DNA from: a bacterium
GTDB lineage: Bacteria > Zhuqueibacterota > Zhuqueibacteria > Oceanimicrobiales > Oceanimicrobiaceae
Reading direction: 5' to 3'
Assembly: GCA_037446635.1 (NCBI GenBank)
Contig: JBBIIG010000014.1
Location: forward strand, 16,294 to 80,293
DNA: 64,000 bases
In this document: piece after piece, positions 8,063-17,495 of the stretch
Layout: each line of letters begins with the position of its first letter
Position numbering within the stretch: the stretch's first letter is position 1
Notes under the pieces: model-generated
The model's input: the letters and a program-made list of their open reading frames with translations, nothing else
Databases searched by the model: none
What the model was told of the DNA's origin: nothing
Translations under genes and position numbers: made by a program

Positions 8063-9613
8063 CTAGACCGGTTTCCTGATGCCCAGCTTCTGCATGCGAG
8101 AGCGCAGGGTATTGGGATTAATTCCTAACCGCAAGGCCGCACCCTTCGGTCCTTCGATGCGCCACTTCGTTTCCTGAAGAACCGATATGATATGATTTCG
8201 TTCAACATCCTCAAGGGTGGCGACGCTTAAAGCCGGGCTTGATGGCTTTTTCAAGAGTTCTAAGCTTTCATCCACTTGCAGAGTTTTGCCTTTTGCGAGA
8301 ATGATCGCTCGTTCGATAATGTTTTCCAATTCTCTGACATTTCCCGGAAAATGATAGCCTTGCAGAGTCTGCATGACTTGTTGTGACACTTGGGAAATCT
8401 TCTTTCCCATTTTTGCTCCGTATTTTTTGACGAAATGGTTGATGAGCAACGGAATGTCTTCCCGGCGTTCCCGAAGTGGCGGGAGCCTAATAGGAAACAC
8501 ATTCATTCGGTAGAAAAGATCATTCCGGAACTCACCGGATTGAACGGCGTGTTCCAGGTCCCGATTGGTAGCAGCTATCACCCGAACATTTACTTTGAGA
8601 GTCTGCGTGCCGCCGACTCTTTCAAATTCACCTTCTTGCAAAACACGCAGAAGTTTAGCCTGTAAGTCCAAAGGCAACTCACCAATCTCATCCAGAAAAA
8701 TAGTACCGCCATTTGCCAATTCAAAACGGCCTTGCTTGCGAGACAGGGCTCCCGTAAATGCTCCTTTTTCGTGGCCGAAGAGTTCGCTTTCGATCAAATT
8801 GGCAGGCAATGCAGCGCAGTTAACTTTTACGAGCGGTCTTTCCCTGCGCGGACTAATCGTATGTAACGCGCGCGCAATGAGTTCCTTGCCGGTGCCGGTT
8901 TCTCCCAATATGAGCACCGTCGCATCTGTTACAGCTACCCTCTCCACATTTCTCAGGACTTTCTTAAACGGCTTACTCGTGCTAATGATTTCATCAAAGT
9001 TGTGTTCGAGTTTGATTTCTTCCTGTAAATAGACGTTTTCGGCCTGGAGCCGGTTTTTCAATTCCACAACTTCTGAGAAAAGCTGGGCGTTTTTAATTGC
9101 AATGGCCGCCTGGTTGGCAAAAACGGCCAGTCGATCAAATTCTGCCGGCGTCATGACCCGACGGCTGAACATGGCAATGACGCCAAGCAATTCACCGCGA
9201 AAGATAAGTGGGTGGCCTGCAAAGGACTGCAACATGTTCTCCACGAGCCACTTTTTGTTTGGGAGCCGATCATCGTTCAGCACATCATTTGTGGACAGCG
9301 GTTCTCTACTCTGGCCAATTTCTCCGATCTTTAATGCACCGAGAGGAACTCGCCGATACCCCCCATGCGTGCGTGTGTACATCCCGGCACTGGCCTTCAG
9401 GTGTAAGCATTGTTCTCGGCTGGAGCAGCTATCCGCTTTGTAGCATTCCGCGCACAGGTCGCCCGGACCGAGCAGCCAGATGCGTGCAAAGGCCGCGTCT
9501 AATTCATCTACCAGACCTTGGGTAATTGTGGTAAGCACTTCCTGAAGGTTCAGACGCGAGGTCATCTGGAGTGTGATACGCTCGAAACTGTCGTCTTTGA
9601 GTTTTTGCTTCAT
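8063..9613 (-). CDS. Sigma-54-dependent transcriptional activator (GAF - AAA+ - Fis HTH)
   Basis: GETGTGKE Walker A, GAFTGA loop (EKGAFTGA), [10 protein letters not shown], and a C-terminal HTH. N-terminal GAF-like domain, no receiver domain. Confidence 0.95.
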   Translation of the reverse strand: MKQKLKDDSFERITLQMTSRLNLQEVLTTITQGLVDELDAAFARIWLLGPGDLCAECYKADSCSSREQCLHLKASAGMYTRTHGGYRRVPLGALKIGEIGQSREPLSTNDVLNDDRLPNKKWLVENMLQSFAGHPLIFRGELLGVIAMFSRRVMTPAEFDRLAVFANQAAIAIKNAQLFSEVVELKNRLQAENVYLQEEIKLEHNFDEIISTSKPFKKVLRNVERVAVTDATVLILGETGTGKELIARALHTISPRRERPLVKVNCAALPANLIESELFGHEKGAFTGALSRKQGRFELANGGTIFLDEIGELPLDLQAKLLRVLQEGEFERVGGTQTLKVNVRVIAATNRDLEHAVQSGEFRNDLFYRMNVFPIRLPPLRERREDIPLLINHFVKKYGAKMGKKISQVSQQVMQTLQGYHFPGNVRELENIIERAIILAKGKTLQVDESLELLKKPSSPALSVATLEDVERNHIISVLQETKWRIEGPKGAALRLGINPNTLRSRMQKLGIRKPV

Positions 9614-9750
9614 GAATGAATCAGCCTAACATATTATGAGCAGACGCGCCGCTTGCTGTCACAAATAATCTGGAGTGGGCAGAAAAGCAAGGCCTGAAGT
9701 CAACAATCGCGGCGGCAAATGTGTCGACCGGACGGATGTTGTTAATAATC

Positions 9751-10446
9751 TCAGAAAATCTCAGCTTTCAAAACTTCAGGTTTACAAATGGTGAGCGATT
9801 TTGTCGTGAAGTCGATGACGCTTTCCGCGCGCAGTTCGTTCAAAACCGTGGCGACGGTTTGGCGGCTGGCGCCGGTGAGGTGGGCGATTTCTTCCTGGGA
9901 GAGAAATTTGGGCACAGAGATTTGGCGATCCTTAACTGTGCCAAAGTCTTCCGCAAATCGCAGCAGAAAAATGATGATGCGCTGCCGCACATTTTTAAAA
10001 ATTAGATCTTCGATTTTCGACTCCACCTTGCGCAGCTTTAAGCCCATCAATTTGAGCATGCGCAGGTTGAGCTTTGGATTCTTTTCAAGAAACTTAATGA
10101 AGTCGTTTTTATTCATCGCACAAATCAGCACCTCGTCGAGCGCCTCGGCCATTTCGACGTAGATTTCTCCCTCATCTTCCGCCAGCGCCAACTCTCCAAA
10201 AATTTCGCCCGGTCCGATAACATCCAGAATCGTCTGGCGTCCCTCTGGAGAAAGCCGGGTGATCTTCACATGCCCGGTTTTTAGAAAATAAATATTCTTT
10301 GATTGCGCCTCCGGAAAATAAATGACGCTGTTTTTCCGAAGTTGGCTCATAGAAGTGCGTGCGGCGAGCGCCCTCAATTCCCTCTCGGACAATCCCTCAA
10401 GAATGTTGATGTTTTTTAGATACCAGAGTTTGGTTTTTTCTGACAT
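9751..10446 (-). CDS. Crp/Fnr family transcriptional regulator
   Basis: cNMP-binding fold (IYFLKTGHVKITRLSPEGRQTILDVIGPGEIFGE) plus a C-terminal HTH (QEEIAHLTGASRQTVATVLNEL). Confidence 0.9.
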   Translation of the reverse strand: MSEKTKLWYLKNINILEGLSERELRALAARTSMSQLRKNSVIYFPEAQSKNIYFLKTGHVKITRLSPEGRQTILDVIGPGEIFGELALAEDEGEIYVEMAEALDEVLICAMNKNDFIKFLEKNPKLNLRMLKLMGLKLRKVESKIEDLIFKNVRQRIIIFLLRFAEDFGTVKDRQISVPKFLSQEEIAHLTGASRQTVATVLNELRAESVIDFTTKSLTICKPEVLKAEIF

Positions 10447-10621
10447 TATCTATCATTAAAGTTTTGCTCGCGCTTCTAATCAACATCGCGAACGAATTAA
10501 ATATTTCTGCTTTATCTGTTGCTGAACAGTTCTACGGAAGAAAAAGGGATTGAATTTTGTCATTAATATAGTAACTTTATGTAGCTAATGAAATAAGCTC
10601 TTAAATCGAGCGGAAAATCCA

Positions 10622-12943
10622 ATGCCCGCTTTTCGTTTGCCATCTCAAAAGAATTTCATTATACTCATTACCTCAGTATGTGTGATCGCCGTTCTTGTCG
10701 TGTTCGGCCGATCCATCTTCACGCCGTCCTCGGGTTCACATTCATTTTCAGCGGAGGCTTTGCCAGTGCAATCTGATTCCAGCAAATTTAAAAATACTAT
10801 TGAAGCCGTCATCCAGCGTCATCTCGCGGCTGGTGAAAAACCGAATCGGCTCATCCATGAAAAAAGTCCGTACTTGCTGCAGCACGCCTTTAATCCCGTG
10901 CATTGGTATCCGTGGGGCGAAGAAGCGTTCGAAAAAGCGCGCCGGGAAGATAAGCCGATTTTTCTGTCGATTGGATACTCCACTTGCTACTGGTGTCACG
11001 TGATGGAGCGAGAGGTGTTTGAAAACGACTCCCTCGCCGCGCTCATGAACCAGTACCTGGTGAGCATCAAAGTTGATCGCGAGGAGCGCCCGGACGTGGA
11101 CCGCGTTTACATGACAGCGCTGCAGGCCATGACCGGCAGCGGCGGCTGGCCCATGTCCATGTTTTTGACGTCGGATCTCAAGCCATTTTACGGCGCCACT
11201 TACATTCCACCGCACGCCAAGTGGGGGCGGCCCGGTTTCGGCGAAATCATCACCCGAATTCATGAGGTGTGGACCAGTAATCGCCAGGTCGTTTTGGAGA
11301 ACAGCCAGAAGATGGCGGATTACCTGAAGCAAGTGTCGATCCCCAAATTAGATGCGGCCAAAGCCGATCAGCTCGCGCTGCAGCGTGGGTTCGAGTCCTT
11401 TGCTGAAAGTTTTGATTCTGTCACCGCCGGCTTTGGCGGCGCCCCGAAATTTCCGCGGCCCGTGGCGTTCAATTTTCTTTTGCGCTACTACAGCCGAACT
11501 GGCGAGAAAAAAGCGCTCGACATGTCCCTGGCGACCCTCATTAATATGGCGAAAGGCGGCATGTACGATCACATCGGCGGCGGCTTTCACCGCTATGCCA
11601 CCGATGAGCGCTGGCACGTTCCCCACTTCGAAAAAATGTTGTACGATCAGGCGCAGTTGGCGATTTCTTATCTTGAGGCTTTTCAAATTACCAACGAGCC
11701 GTTTTACGCCGATGTCGCTCAGGATGTGCTGTCCTATGTCCAGCGCAACTTGACCCACTCCGAAGGCGGATTCTACTCCGCGGAAGATGCGGAGAGCGCC
11801 GTTGATCCCCAAAAGCCGCAGGAAAAGGAAGAGGGGGCGTTTTACGTTTGGACCAAAAGTGAAATCGACGAGCTCCTCTCGCCCGAGGAAGTCCGTTTGT
11901 TCGACTTTCATTTTGGTGTGAAAAACGACGGCAACGTGATCGCCGATCCCCATCAGGAATTTGTGGGAGAAAATATCCTCTATATTGCCCACACGCCGGA
12001 AGAGACGGCAAAGCAATTTAATATCTCAATCGATGAGGTGCTCGCCGCACTTTCGTCGGCACGGCAAAAATTATTTCAGGCCCGGGAAAAACGGCCGCGT
12101 CCCCATCTCGATGATAAGATTTTGGTGTCGTGGAACGGGCTGATGATTTCGGCGTTTGCGCGCGCGCATCAGGTTCTCGACGAGGTGAAATATCGTGACG
12201 CCGCGGAGCGCGCCGCGAAATTCATTTTGACGAAGTTGTATAATGAAAAGAAGAAGCAGCTTTTGCGGCGCTACCGCGCTGGCGAAGCCCGCTTCGACGC
12301 TCATCTCGAGGATTATGCGTTTTTGATTCAGGGACTAATCGATTTGTATGAATCTACATTTGACATACAGTGGTTGATGACAGCCATCGAATTGACCGAG
12401 CAACAAACCCAACTTTTTTATGATCAAGACGCGGGCGGATTTTTTGATACCTCAGGCGAAGACAAATCCATTCTCGTCCGCACCAAAGAATCGTACGACG
12501 GCGCGGAGCCCACCGGCAATTCCATTGCCATTTTGAATCTGCTGCGGTTGTCGCAAATGATCGACCGTCAGAAGTGGCGCGTGCTGGCAGAAAAATCGCT
12601 GGCTTATTTTGGCAGCCAGATGCTGAATATTCCGCAAGGGCTGGCGCAATTCTTGGTCGCACTTGATTTCAGTTTGTCGAAACCGAAACAGATTATCATT
12701 GCGGGAAAAGCCGACGATCCGCACACTGGCAACCTGCTGGCAGAGGTTCACAAGCGATTTATCCCCAACAAAATAATTTTGCTGGCCGATGGCGCGCAAG
12801 GCCAGAAAACGCTGGCTTCGTACGTTCCATTTATCGACAGTGTGCGAATGATCGATGGCAAGCCCACGGCGTATATTTGCGAAAATTATGCGTGCCAGTT
12901 GCCGACTTCTGATCCGCAAACAATGGTAAAATTGCTGCAATAA
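10622..12943 (+). CDS. Thioredoxin-domain / DUF255 protein (YyaL/SPATA20-like, six-hairpin glycosidase-like C-terminus)
   Basis: [38 protein letters not shown] and the long alpha/alpha-toroid tail are typical of this family. N-terminal TM anchor. Confidence 0.9.
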   Translation: MPAFRLPSQKNFIILITSVCVIAVLVVFGRSIFTPSSGSHSFSAEALPVQSDSSKFKNTIEAVIQRHLAAGEKPNRLIHEKSPYLLQHAFNPVHWYPWGEEAFEKARREDKPIFLSIGYSTCYWCHVMEREVFENDSLAALMNQYLVSIKVDREERPDVDRVYMTALQAMTGSGGWPMSMFLTSDLKPFYGATYIPPHAKWGRPGFGEIITRIHEVWTSNRQVVLENSQKMADYLKQVSIPKLDAAKADQLALQRGFESFAESFDSVTAGFGGAPKFPRPVAFNFLLRYYSRTGEKKALDMSLATLINMAKGGMYDHIGGGFHRYATDERWHVPHFEKMLYDQAQLAISYLEAFQITNEPFYADVAQDVLSYVQRNLTHSEGGFYSAEDAESAVDPQKPQEKEEGAFYVWTKSEIDELLSPEEVRLFDFHFGVKNDGNVIADPHQEFVGENILYIAHTPEETAKQFNISIDEVLAALSSARQKLFQAREKRPRPHLDDKILVSWNGLMISAFARAHQVLDEVKYRDAAERAAKFILTKLYNEKKKQLLRRYRAGEARFDAHLEDYAFLIQGLIDLYESTFDIQWLMTAIELTEQQTQLFYDQDAGGFFDTSGEDKSILVRTKESYDGAEPTGNSIAILNLLRLSQMIDRQKWRVLAEKSLAYFGSQMLNIPQGLAQFLVALDFSLSKPKQIIIAGKADDPHTGNLLAEVHKRFIPNKIILLADGAQGQKTLASYVPFIDSVRMIDGKPTAYICENYACQLPTSDPQTMVKLLQ

Positions 12944-13034
12944 ATAATAAAATTGGGAACTAAAGAAAAGCTGACGGATTAAAAAACACGTCAAACCAAT
13001 CAATTCAACATATCAAAATTTCAAGGAGGTAATC

Positions 13035-13517
13035 ATGAATCGTCCCCCGCGTCTATTGACTTGTTTGTTCAGCATGGTCGTTCTTCTCATGTTTGGCCTT
13101 GCCGCCGGCTTTACGCAGGAACACCCCGAACATCCGAAGCAGGAACATCCGAAAAAAGAGCACCCGAAGGCCGCCGTTAATATCACTAAAGAATCGCTGG
13201 CCGAAGCGATTGAAGGCTACATCCAAAAAGACACGGCTTTGAAAGGCGGCTTTTTCTGCGTTTATGATGCGCAGGCAAAAGCTCCGCTGGCGCTCAAGTT
13301 GGACAAAGTGCATCAGGACAAATTGGCGAAGGTGAGCGATGGCCTCTATTTCGCGTGCAGCGACTTCAAGACCGCCGACGGCAAAACCTACGATCTCGAT
13401 TTCTTTATGAAGGCCACCGACTCCGGGCTGGAAGTGAGTGAGGTGATGATCCACAAAGAAGCCGGCGTCGCCCGCTACGGCTGGGTGGAAGAAGGCGGCG
13501 TGTGGACGCGCAAATAA
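13035..13517 (+). CDS. Secreted hypothetical protein with an N-terminal (Q/K)EHP(E/K) repeat
   Basis: AGGAGG RBS and signal peptide. The mature N-terminus is QEHPEHPKQEHPKKEHPK. I recognise no family. Confidence 0.6.
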   Translation: MNRPPRLLTCLFSMVVLLMFGLAAGFTQEHPEHPKQEHPKKEHPKAAVNITKESLAEAIEGYIQKDTALKGGFFCVYDAQAKAPLALKLDKVHQDKLAKVSDGLYFACSDFKTADGKTYDLDFFMKATDSGLEVSEVMIHKEAGVARYGWVEEGGVWTRK

Positions 13518-13545
13518 CGCTTTGCCTGAAAGAGTCGGCGTTAAG

Positions 13546-13640
13546 TGATTGGAGTGATGGAGCGTCCATCGTGAAGTGATAAAGGGGAGTAATGGAAAAA
13601 CAACGCATCAATCCATTAATCCAGCAATCCATCACTCCAT
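13546..13640. repeat. Family-G inverted array (gattggagtgatggag ... catcaatccattaatccagcaatccatcactccatt)
   Basis: GGAGTGATGGA at 13550-13560 is mirrored by TCCATCACTCC at 13627-13637, with internal ggggagtaatgg units. Confidence 0.75.
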
Positions 13641-13667
13641 TATATATTAACTTGGGAGAATAGCCGC

Positions 13668-14663
13668 TTGAACAAAATAACGCTTTTGCTTTTCATTAGC
13701 CTCGCCGGTGCCGCCGGTCTTCTTTCCTGCACAAAATCCCCCGCACATTCCAACGATTTGACGAGAAGAATTCAGTTCTCGTATGCCTTCACCGTGAAAA
13801 ACATCCCGCCAGATGCCAAGCGCGTTGACATCTGGGCGCCCGTTCCGCAATCGGATGCGTGGCAAAGCATTTCGAACCTCGAAGTTAGGTGCCAAGCTCC
13901 GTACTCGTTCGAGACCGAGCCGGAATATGGCAACTCGATTCTTCGGGTATCCGCGAATGGCAGCGTTCCCGACAGCCTTTCGGTGGTGATGAATTTTTCG
14001 GTGACGAGGACGGGCTACCACCTTTTGAAAGGCGAGGATGAATCTGTGGGGGCGGTTTCCGAAAAAATCCGCCAGCGTTTTCTCGCTCCGGATCGCTTGA
14101 TTCCCATCGACGGCAAAATCGCGGAGGAAGCAAAAAAAGTCGTGCGCGAGGACATGCCGCCGCTCGAAAAAGCCCGCGCCATTTATGATCACGTCGCCCG
14201 CACGCTCAAGTATGACAAAAGCGGCGCCGGCTGGGGCCTCGGGGACGCGCTCTACGCTTGTGATGTCCGCGCCGGCAATTGTACCGATTTCCATTCGCTG
14301 TTTATCGGCATGGCGCGCGCCAGCGGCATCCCCGCGCGTTTTGTGATTGGATTTCCGCTGCCGGAAGATGCGGCCGTAGGCGAGATTCCCGGCTATCATT
14401 GCTGGGCGGAATTTTATATCGATGGCAGGGGATGGCTGCCGGTGGATGCTTCGGAAGCTAGCAAACATCCGGAAAAATGGCATGATCTCTTCGGCGGTCT
14501 CGATCCTCACCGTGTCCAGTTCACAGTTGGCCGCGACATTCAAATCCCGTCTTTAGCTCAGTCTGAGCCCCTCAATTATCTCATTTATCCCTATGTGCTG
14601 ATCGATGGCCAGCCACATGAGAAGGTAGAGCGGCAGTTCCGGTTTTCGGAGTTGACGAATTGA
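13668..14663 (+). CDS. Transglutaminase-like cysteine peptidase domain lipoprotein
   Basis: Lipobox LLSC. Core GNCTDFHSLFIGMARASGIPARFVIGF...GYHCWAEFYIDGRGWLPVDASE carries the Cys-His-Asp triad pattern. Confidence 0.85.
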   Translation: MNKITLLLFISLAGAAGLLSCTKSPAHSNDLTRRIQFSYAFTVKNIPPDAKRVDIWAPVPQSDAWQSISNLEVRCQAPYSFETEPEYGNSILRVSANGSVPDSLSVVMNFSVTRTGYHLLKGEDESVGAVSEKIRQRFLAPDRLIPIDGKIAEEAKKVVREDMPPLEKARAIYDHVARTLKYDKSGAGWGLGDALYACDVRAGNCTDFHSLFIGMARASGIPARFVIGFPLPEDAAVGEIPGYHCWAEFYIDGRGWLPVDASEASKHPEKWHDLFGGLDPHRVQFTVGRDIQIPSLAQSEPLNYLIYPYVLIDGQPHEKVERQFRFSELTN

Positions 14664-14675
14664 ACGCGGAGTGAA

Positions 14676-15425
14676 TTGTTGACATCAAAAAAAATCACCC
14701 TGACGGCGCTCCGAAAAGCGCTGCGCCAGGTTGCGGAAAAAGAGCGGGTGCCGGTGCTCATGCGCTTTTTCAAAACCGGAAAAGGAGAATACGGCTACGG
14801 CGATGTTTTTTTAGGCGTCACGGTGCCGAACAGCCGCAAGGTCGCCAAGCAATTCGCTGCCCTTTCATTTCCCGATCTCGAGACACTGCTGCACTCGAAA
14901 TTCCACGAGGAGCGGCTTGTGGCTTTGCTGATTTTGGTTAAAAAATTTGCTCGTGCGGATGAGTCAACGAAGAAGCAGATATACCAGTTCTATCTCGCAG
15001 AGACAAAATGGATAAACAATTGGGATTTAGTCGATCTTTCTGCCGAATACATCATCGGGGAATATTTGCTTTCACATCCGGCGGAAAATGGGGGCATACT
15101 CGCTGAGCTCGCCGTTTCGCCCAATCTTTGGGAGCGGCGCATTGCGGTGCTTTCGACCTTCGCTTTCATCAAAGCCGGCCGGGCAGAAGAGACGATGCGC
15201 ATCGCGGAGATGTTGCTCTCTGATAAGCATGATCTCATTCACAAAGCCGTTGGCTGGATGCTGCGCGAAGTGGGCAAGCGTGTTTCGAAAGAAGAAGAAA
15301 AGAAGTTTCTCGATGCTCATGCGCACCGCATGCCGCGCACCATGCTGCGCTACGCCATCGAGCATTTCCCAGAGTCTGTGCGCAGAAAGTACCTGTCCAT
15401 GAAAGCGGCCAGAGCTTCCAACTAA
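14676..15425 (+). CDS. DNA alkylation repair protein (AlkC/AlkD-like HEAT repeat)
   Basis: MRFFKTGKGEYGYGDVFLGVTVP...HEERLVALLILV...NNWDLVDLSA...HDLIHKAVGWMLREVGKR. Confidence 0.85.
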   Translation: MLTSKKITLTALRKALRQVAEKERVPVLMRFFKTGKGEYGYGDVFLGVTVPNSRKVAKQFAALSFPDLETLLHSKFHEERLVALLILVKKFARADESTKKQIYQFYLAETKWINNWDLVDLSAEYIIGEYLLSHPAENGGILAELAVSPNLWERRIAVLSTFAFIKAGRAEETMRIAEMLLSDKHDLIHKAVGWMLREVGKRVSKEEEKKFLDAHAHRMPRTMLRYAIEHFPESVRRKYLSMKAARASN

Positions 15426-15585
15426 TCTCATTCGCACCAATAGACAAATAAACCCGATATTTCGATCCCCCTGAAATATCGGATTCTACCTCGATTTTTT
15501 CCCTCAACTAATCCTTATTTCAAAGCCCCGTAAGTTTCTTTATCAACATCCGTTTGTAATTCCAAGCAGGCGGCTGTTTTTATTT

Positions 15586-15600
15586 TGGCACAGCGCTTGT
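15586..15600 (+). promoter_or_regulatory. Weak candidate sigma-54 promoter upstream of the YHS-like gene
   Basis: TGGCAC-AGCGC-TTGT has the correct spacing, but the -12 element is GT rather than GC. It lies 82 nt upstream of ATG 15682. Confidence 0.3.
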
Positions 15601-15681
15601 TTAATCCTGAGCCGTCGACAAACTCAGTTTTGGCTAATTAGCTGTACAATTTACAAACCTTGAAAATAAGGAGAACAATTA

Positions 15682-16169
15682 ATGAAAAAATTAACCCTTT
15701 TCTCGGCCATTTTTTTTCACTGCGCTGACGCTCGCGATGGCCGGCTCGGTTTTTACCGTTCAAATGACGAAGTCGGAAACGCGCAGTAATATCGAACGCT
15801 ACAATCTCGATGACACCCGCATTGCGCTGGCCGACTACAGCCCGGTTTCCCATTTCGAAAAAAGGCAAAACCGAGCGCGGCAAGAAGGAATTCAAAGCCG
15901 AGCATCGCGGCATCAAGTACTACTATTTCACCAGCGAGGCTCAGCGGCAGAAATTTCTGAATAACCCCGAAAAGTACGAGCCGGCGTTTGGCGGCGGAGT
16001 CGAATTGAGCTTGGCCGGAAATCAGGTTTTTCAACGGGCAAAAAGCGGCGACACCAGCGGCGTCTTTTCCGTGGTGGAGCTGGTTTCTCGGCCGGGAACT
16101 GGAGTTTATTTTGTCCAACTGGACACCACCAAACAGACCATCGTTCGTCAAGTCACTTTGCAAAAATAA
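15682..16169 (+). pseudogene. YHS-domain periplasmic protein family gene broken by two 1-nt homopolymer frameshifts
   Basis: AAGGAG RBS, then ATG 15682 (MKKLTLFSAIFF). The frame switches at T8 (15710-15717) and again at A6 (15857-15862). The repaired product reads ...LADYSPVSHFEKGKTERGKKEFKAEHRGIKYYYFTSEAQRQKFLNNPEKYEPAFGG..., matching the GYDPVSYF...NPxKYxPxYGG family. Confidence 0.6.
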
Positions 16170-16234
16170 CCCGCCAATAGATTTCAAATCATCTCATGAA
16201 GGCGCGCCTGCCTTCTGAGTTTCTGATTTTCAAG

Positions 16235-16267
16235 CCCCCGGAGGCAGCAAGTCTTCGGGGGTTTTTA
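16235..16267 (+). terminator. Rho-independent terminator
   Basis: CCCCCGGAG-9 nt loop-CTTCGGGGG (9 bp including one G-U pair) followed by TTTTT. Confidence 0.8.
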
Positions 16268-16473
16268 TTTCACCCAATCTTCACCTGCCCTTAAGTGAAT
16301 TGTAACTCTCCGAGTCTATATTTTTCTCGCGAAATTAGTTTTGAAAAATTAGACGCGAACACCAGCGACGGACACTTTACTGAAAATTTACTCATTCTTA
16401 AGAAATGTGTAACACGGTAATGTTAAGTATGAACACAAGAATTTCAATTACAGATTCCGAGGCCCTCGACCTG

Positions 16474-17169
16474 ATGACGAAGCGCATTTTAATTGTTGAA
16501 GACGAAGCGGATATCAATATGCTGATCAACCAGCATCTTAGTAATTCCGGTTTCGAGGTGGACTCTGTGTACGATGGGTTCCAGGCGTTGGAAGCTGTGG
16601 AATACGGCCGCTTGGATCTGGTGGTGCTTGACATATTATTGCCCGGAATAGATGGCTGGGAAGTGTGCCAGTTTTTGCGGAAGTCGCACACTACCGTGAA
16701 TGTGCCAATCGTGTTTCTTTCGGCGCTCAACAGCGAAGTGGAGCGCATCAAGGGGTTTGATCTGGGCGGCGACGATTATTTAGTCAAACCGTTTTCGCCG
16801 CGCGAGTTGGTGTCGCGAATCAAAGCGGTGCTCAAGCGCAGCGAAAACGGCGCCGCGGGAAAAAACCTGCACAGCGTCGGCGATTTGAACATCGATGATT
16901 TAAAGCATCAGGTGAATGTGGACGGCAGGCACCTTCATTTGACCGGCAGTGAATTTCTGCTTCTTCATCTACTAATCTCACATGAAGGCAGAGTCTTTTC
17001 GCGCCAGGAACTACTTGATGCCATTGGCGGCGAAAATCAAGTTTTGGAGTATGGCAACGTTGATGTGCACGTTCATAACATCCGCCAAAAAATCGAAAAA
17101 AATCCCAAACAGCCGCAATACATTCAAACGGTTTGGGGCGTGGGTTATCGCTTCAGAAATTCCAAATGA
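16474..17169 (+). CDS. OmpR-family response regulator (receiver + winged helix); no cognate kinase adjacent
   Basis: KRILIVEDEADI...DLVVLDILLPGIDGWEVC...LSA...KPFSPRELVSRIKAVLKR, and C-terminal IQTVWGVGYRF. The start is ambiguous (16405/16429/16474). Confidence 0.9.
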   Translation: MTKRILIVEDEADINMLINQHLSNSGFEVDSVYDGFQALEAVEYGRLDLVVLDILLPGIDGWEVCQFLRKSHTTVNVPIVFLSALNSEVERIKGFDLGGDDYLVKPFSPRELVSRIKAVLKRSENGAAGKNLHSVGDLNIDDLKHQVNVDGRHLHLTGSEFLLLHLLISHEGRVFSRQELLDAIGGENQVLEYGNVDVHVHNIRQKIEKNPKQPQYIQTVWGVGYRFRNSK

Positions 17170-17190
17170 GCTTAAATAAGGAGTTGTGCT

Positions 17191-17460
17191 ATGAATGTAG
17201 TAATAAAGCGCTTGCAAATTTTTTCAGCCAGCGTTTCGCACCAGTCGCAATGGCAGTTAGTGCTGACCACGATGGCGCATTCATTCTGGCTGCTTGCGAA
17301 GAGCCTCAAGATCGTGGCGATTTTGCACAAGGAGATGTTTGACTATTTGCTTGGCCGCATGGATTCGGGCATTGTCATGAAACGCAATATCTTCAATCGT
17401 TATGGGACCTGGTTCGTGGATATTCGCGAACTGATTCATGAGGAAATGGGAGTGAAATAA
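17191..17460 (+). CDS. Small hypothetical protein
   Basis: 89 aa ORF with an AAGGAG RBS 7 nt upstream, lying between the regulator and the receptor. No recognisable motif. Confidence 0.4.
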   Translation: MNVVIKRLQIFSASVSHQSQWQLVLTTMAHSFWLLAKSLKIVAILHKEMFDYLLGRMDSGIVMKRNIFNRYGTWFVDIRELIHEEMGVK

Positions 17461-17495
17461 ATTCTTTCAAAACTAAAACTCGAGGTGAAGTAAGA

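Noticed and set aside
13647-14543. 298-aa ORF on the minus strand
   Set aside because: It is entirely antisense to the well-supported transglutaminase-like gene (13668-14663). It has an Arg/Gly/Ala-rich, low-complexity composition typical of shadow ORFs in GC-biased coding DNA.
15990-16200. Out-of-frame TGA (16006-16008) after the FGG motif of the YHS-like gene as a possible Sec codon (N-U-A-W...)
   Set aside because: Reaching it needs three additional hypothetical frameshifts. The uninterrupted frame (…GGGVELSLAGNQVFQRAKSGD…TGVYFVQLDTTKQ) already fits the family tail (GD…GKLYLN…) reasonably well. This is too speculative without an alignment.
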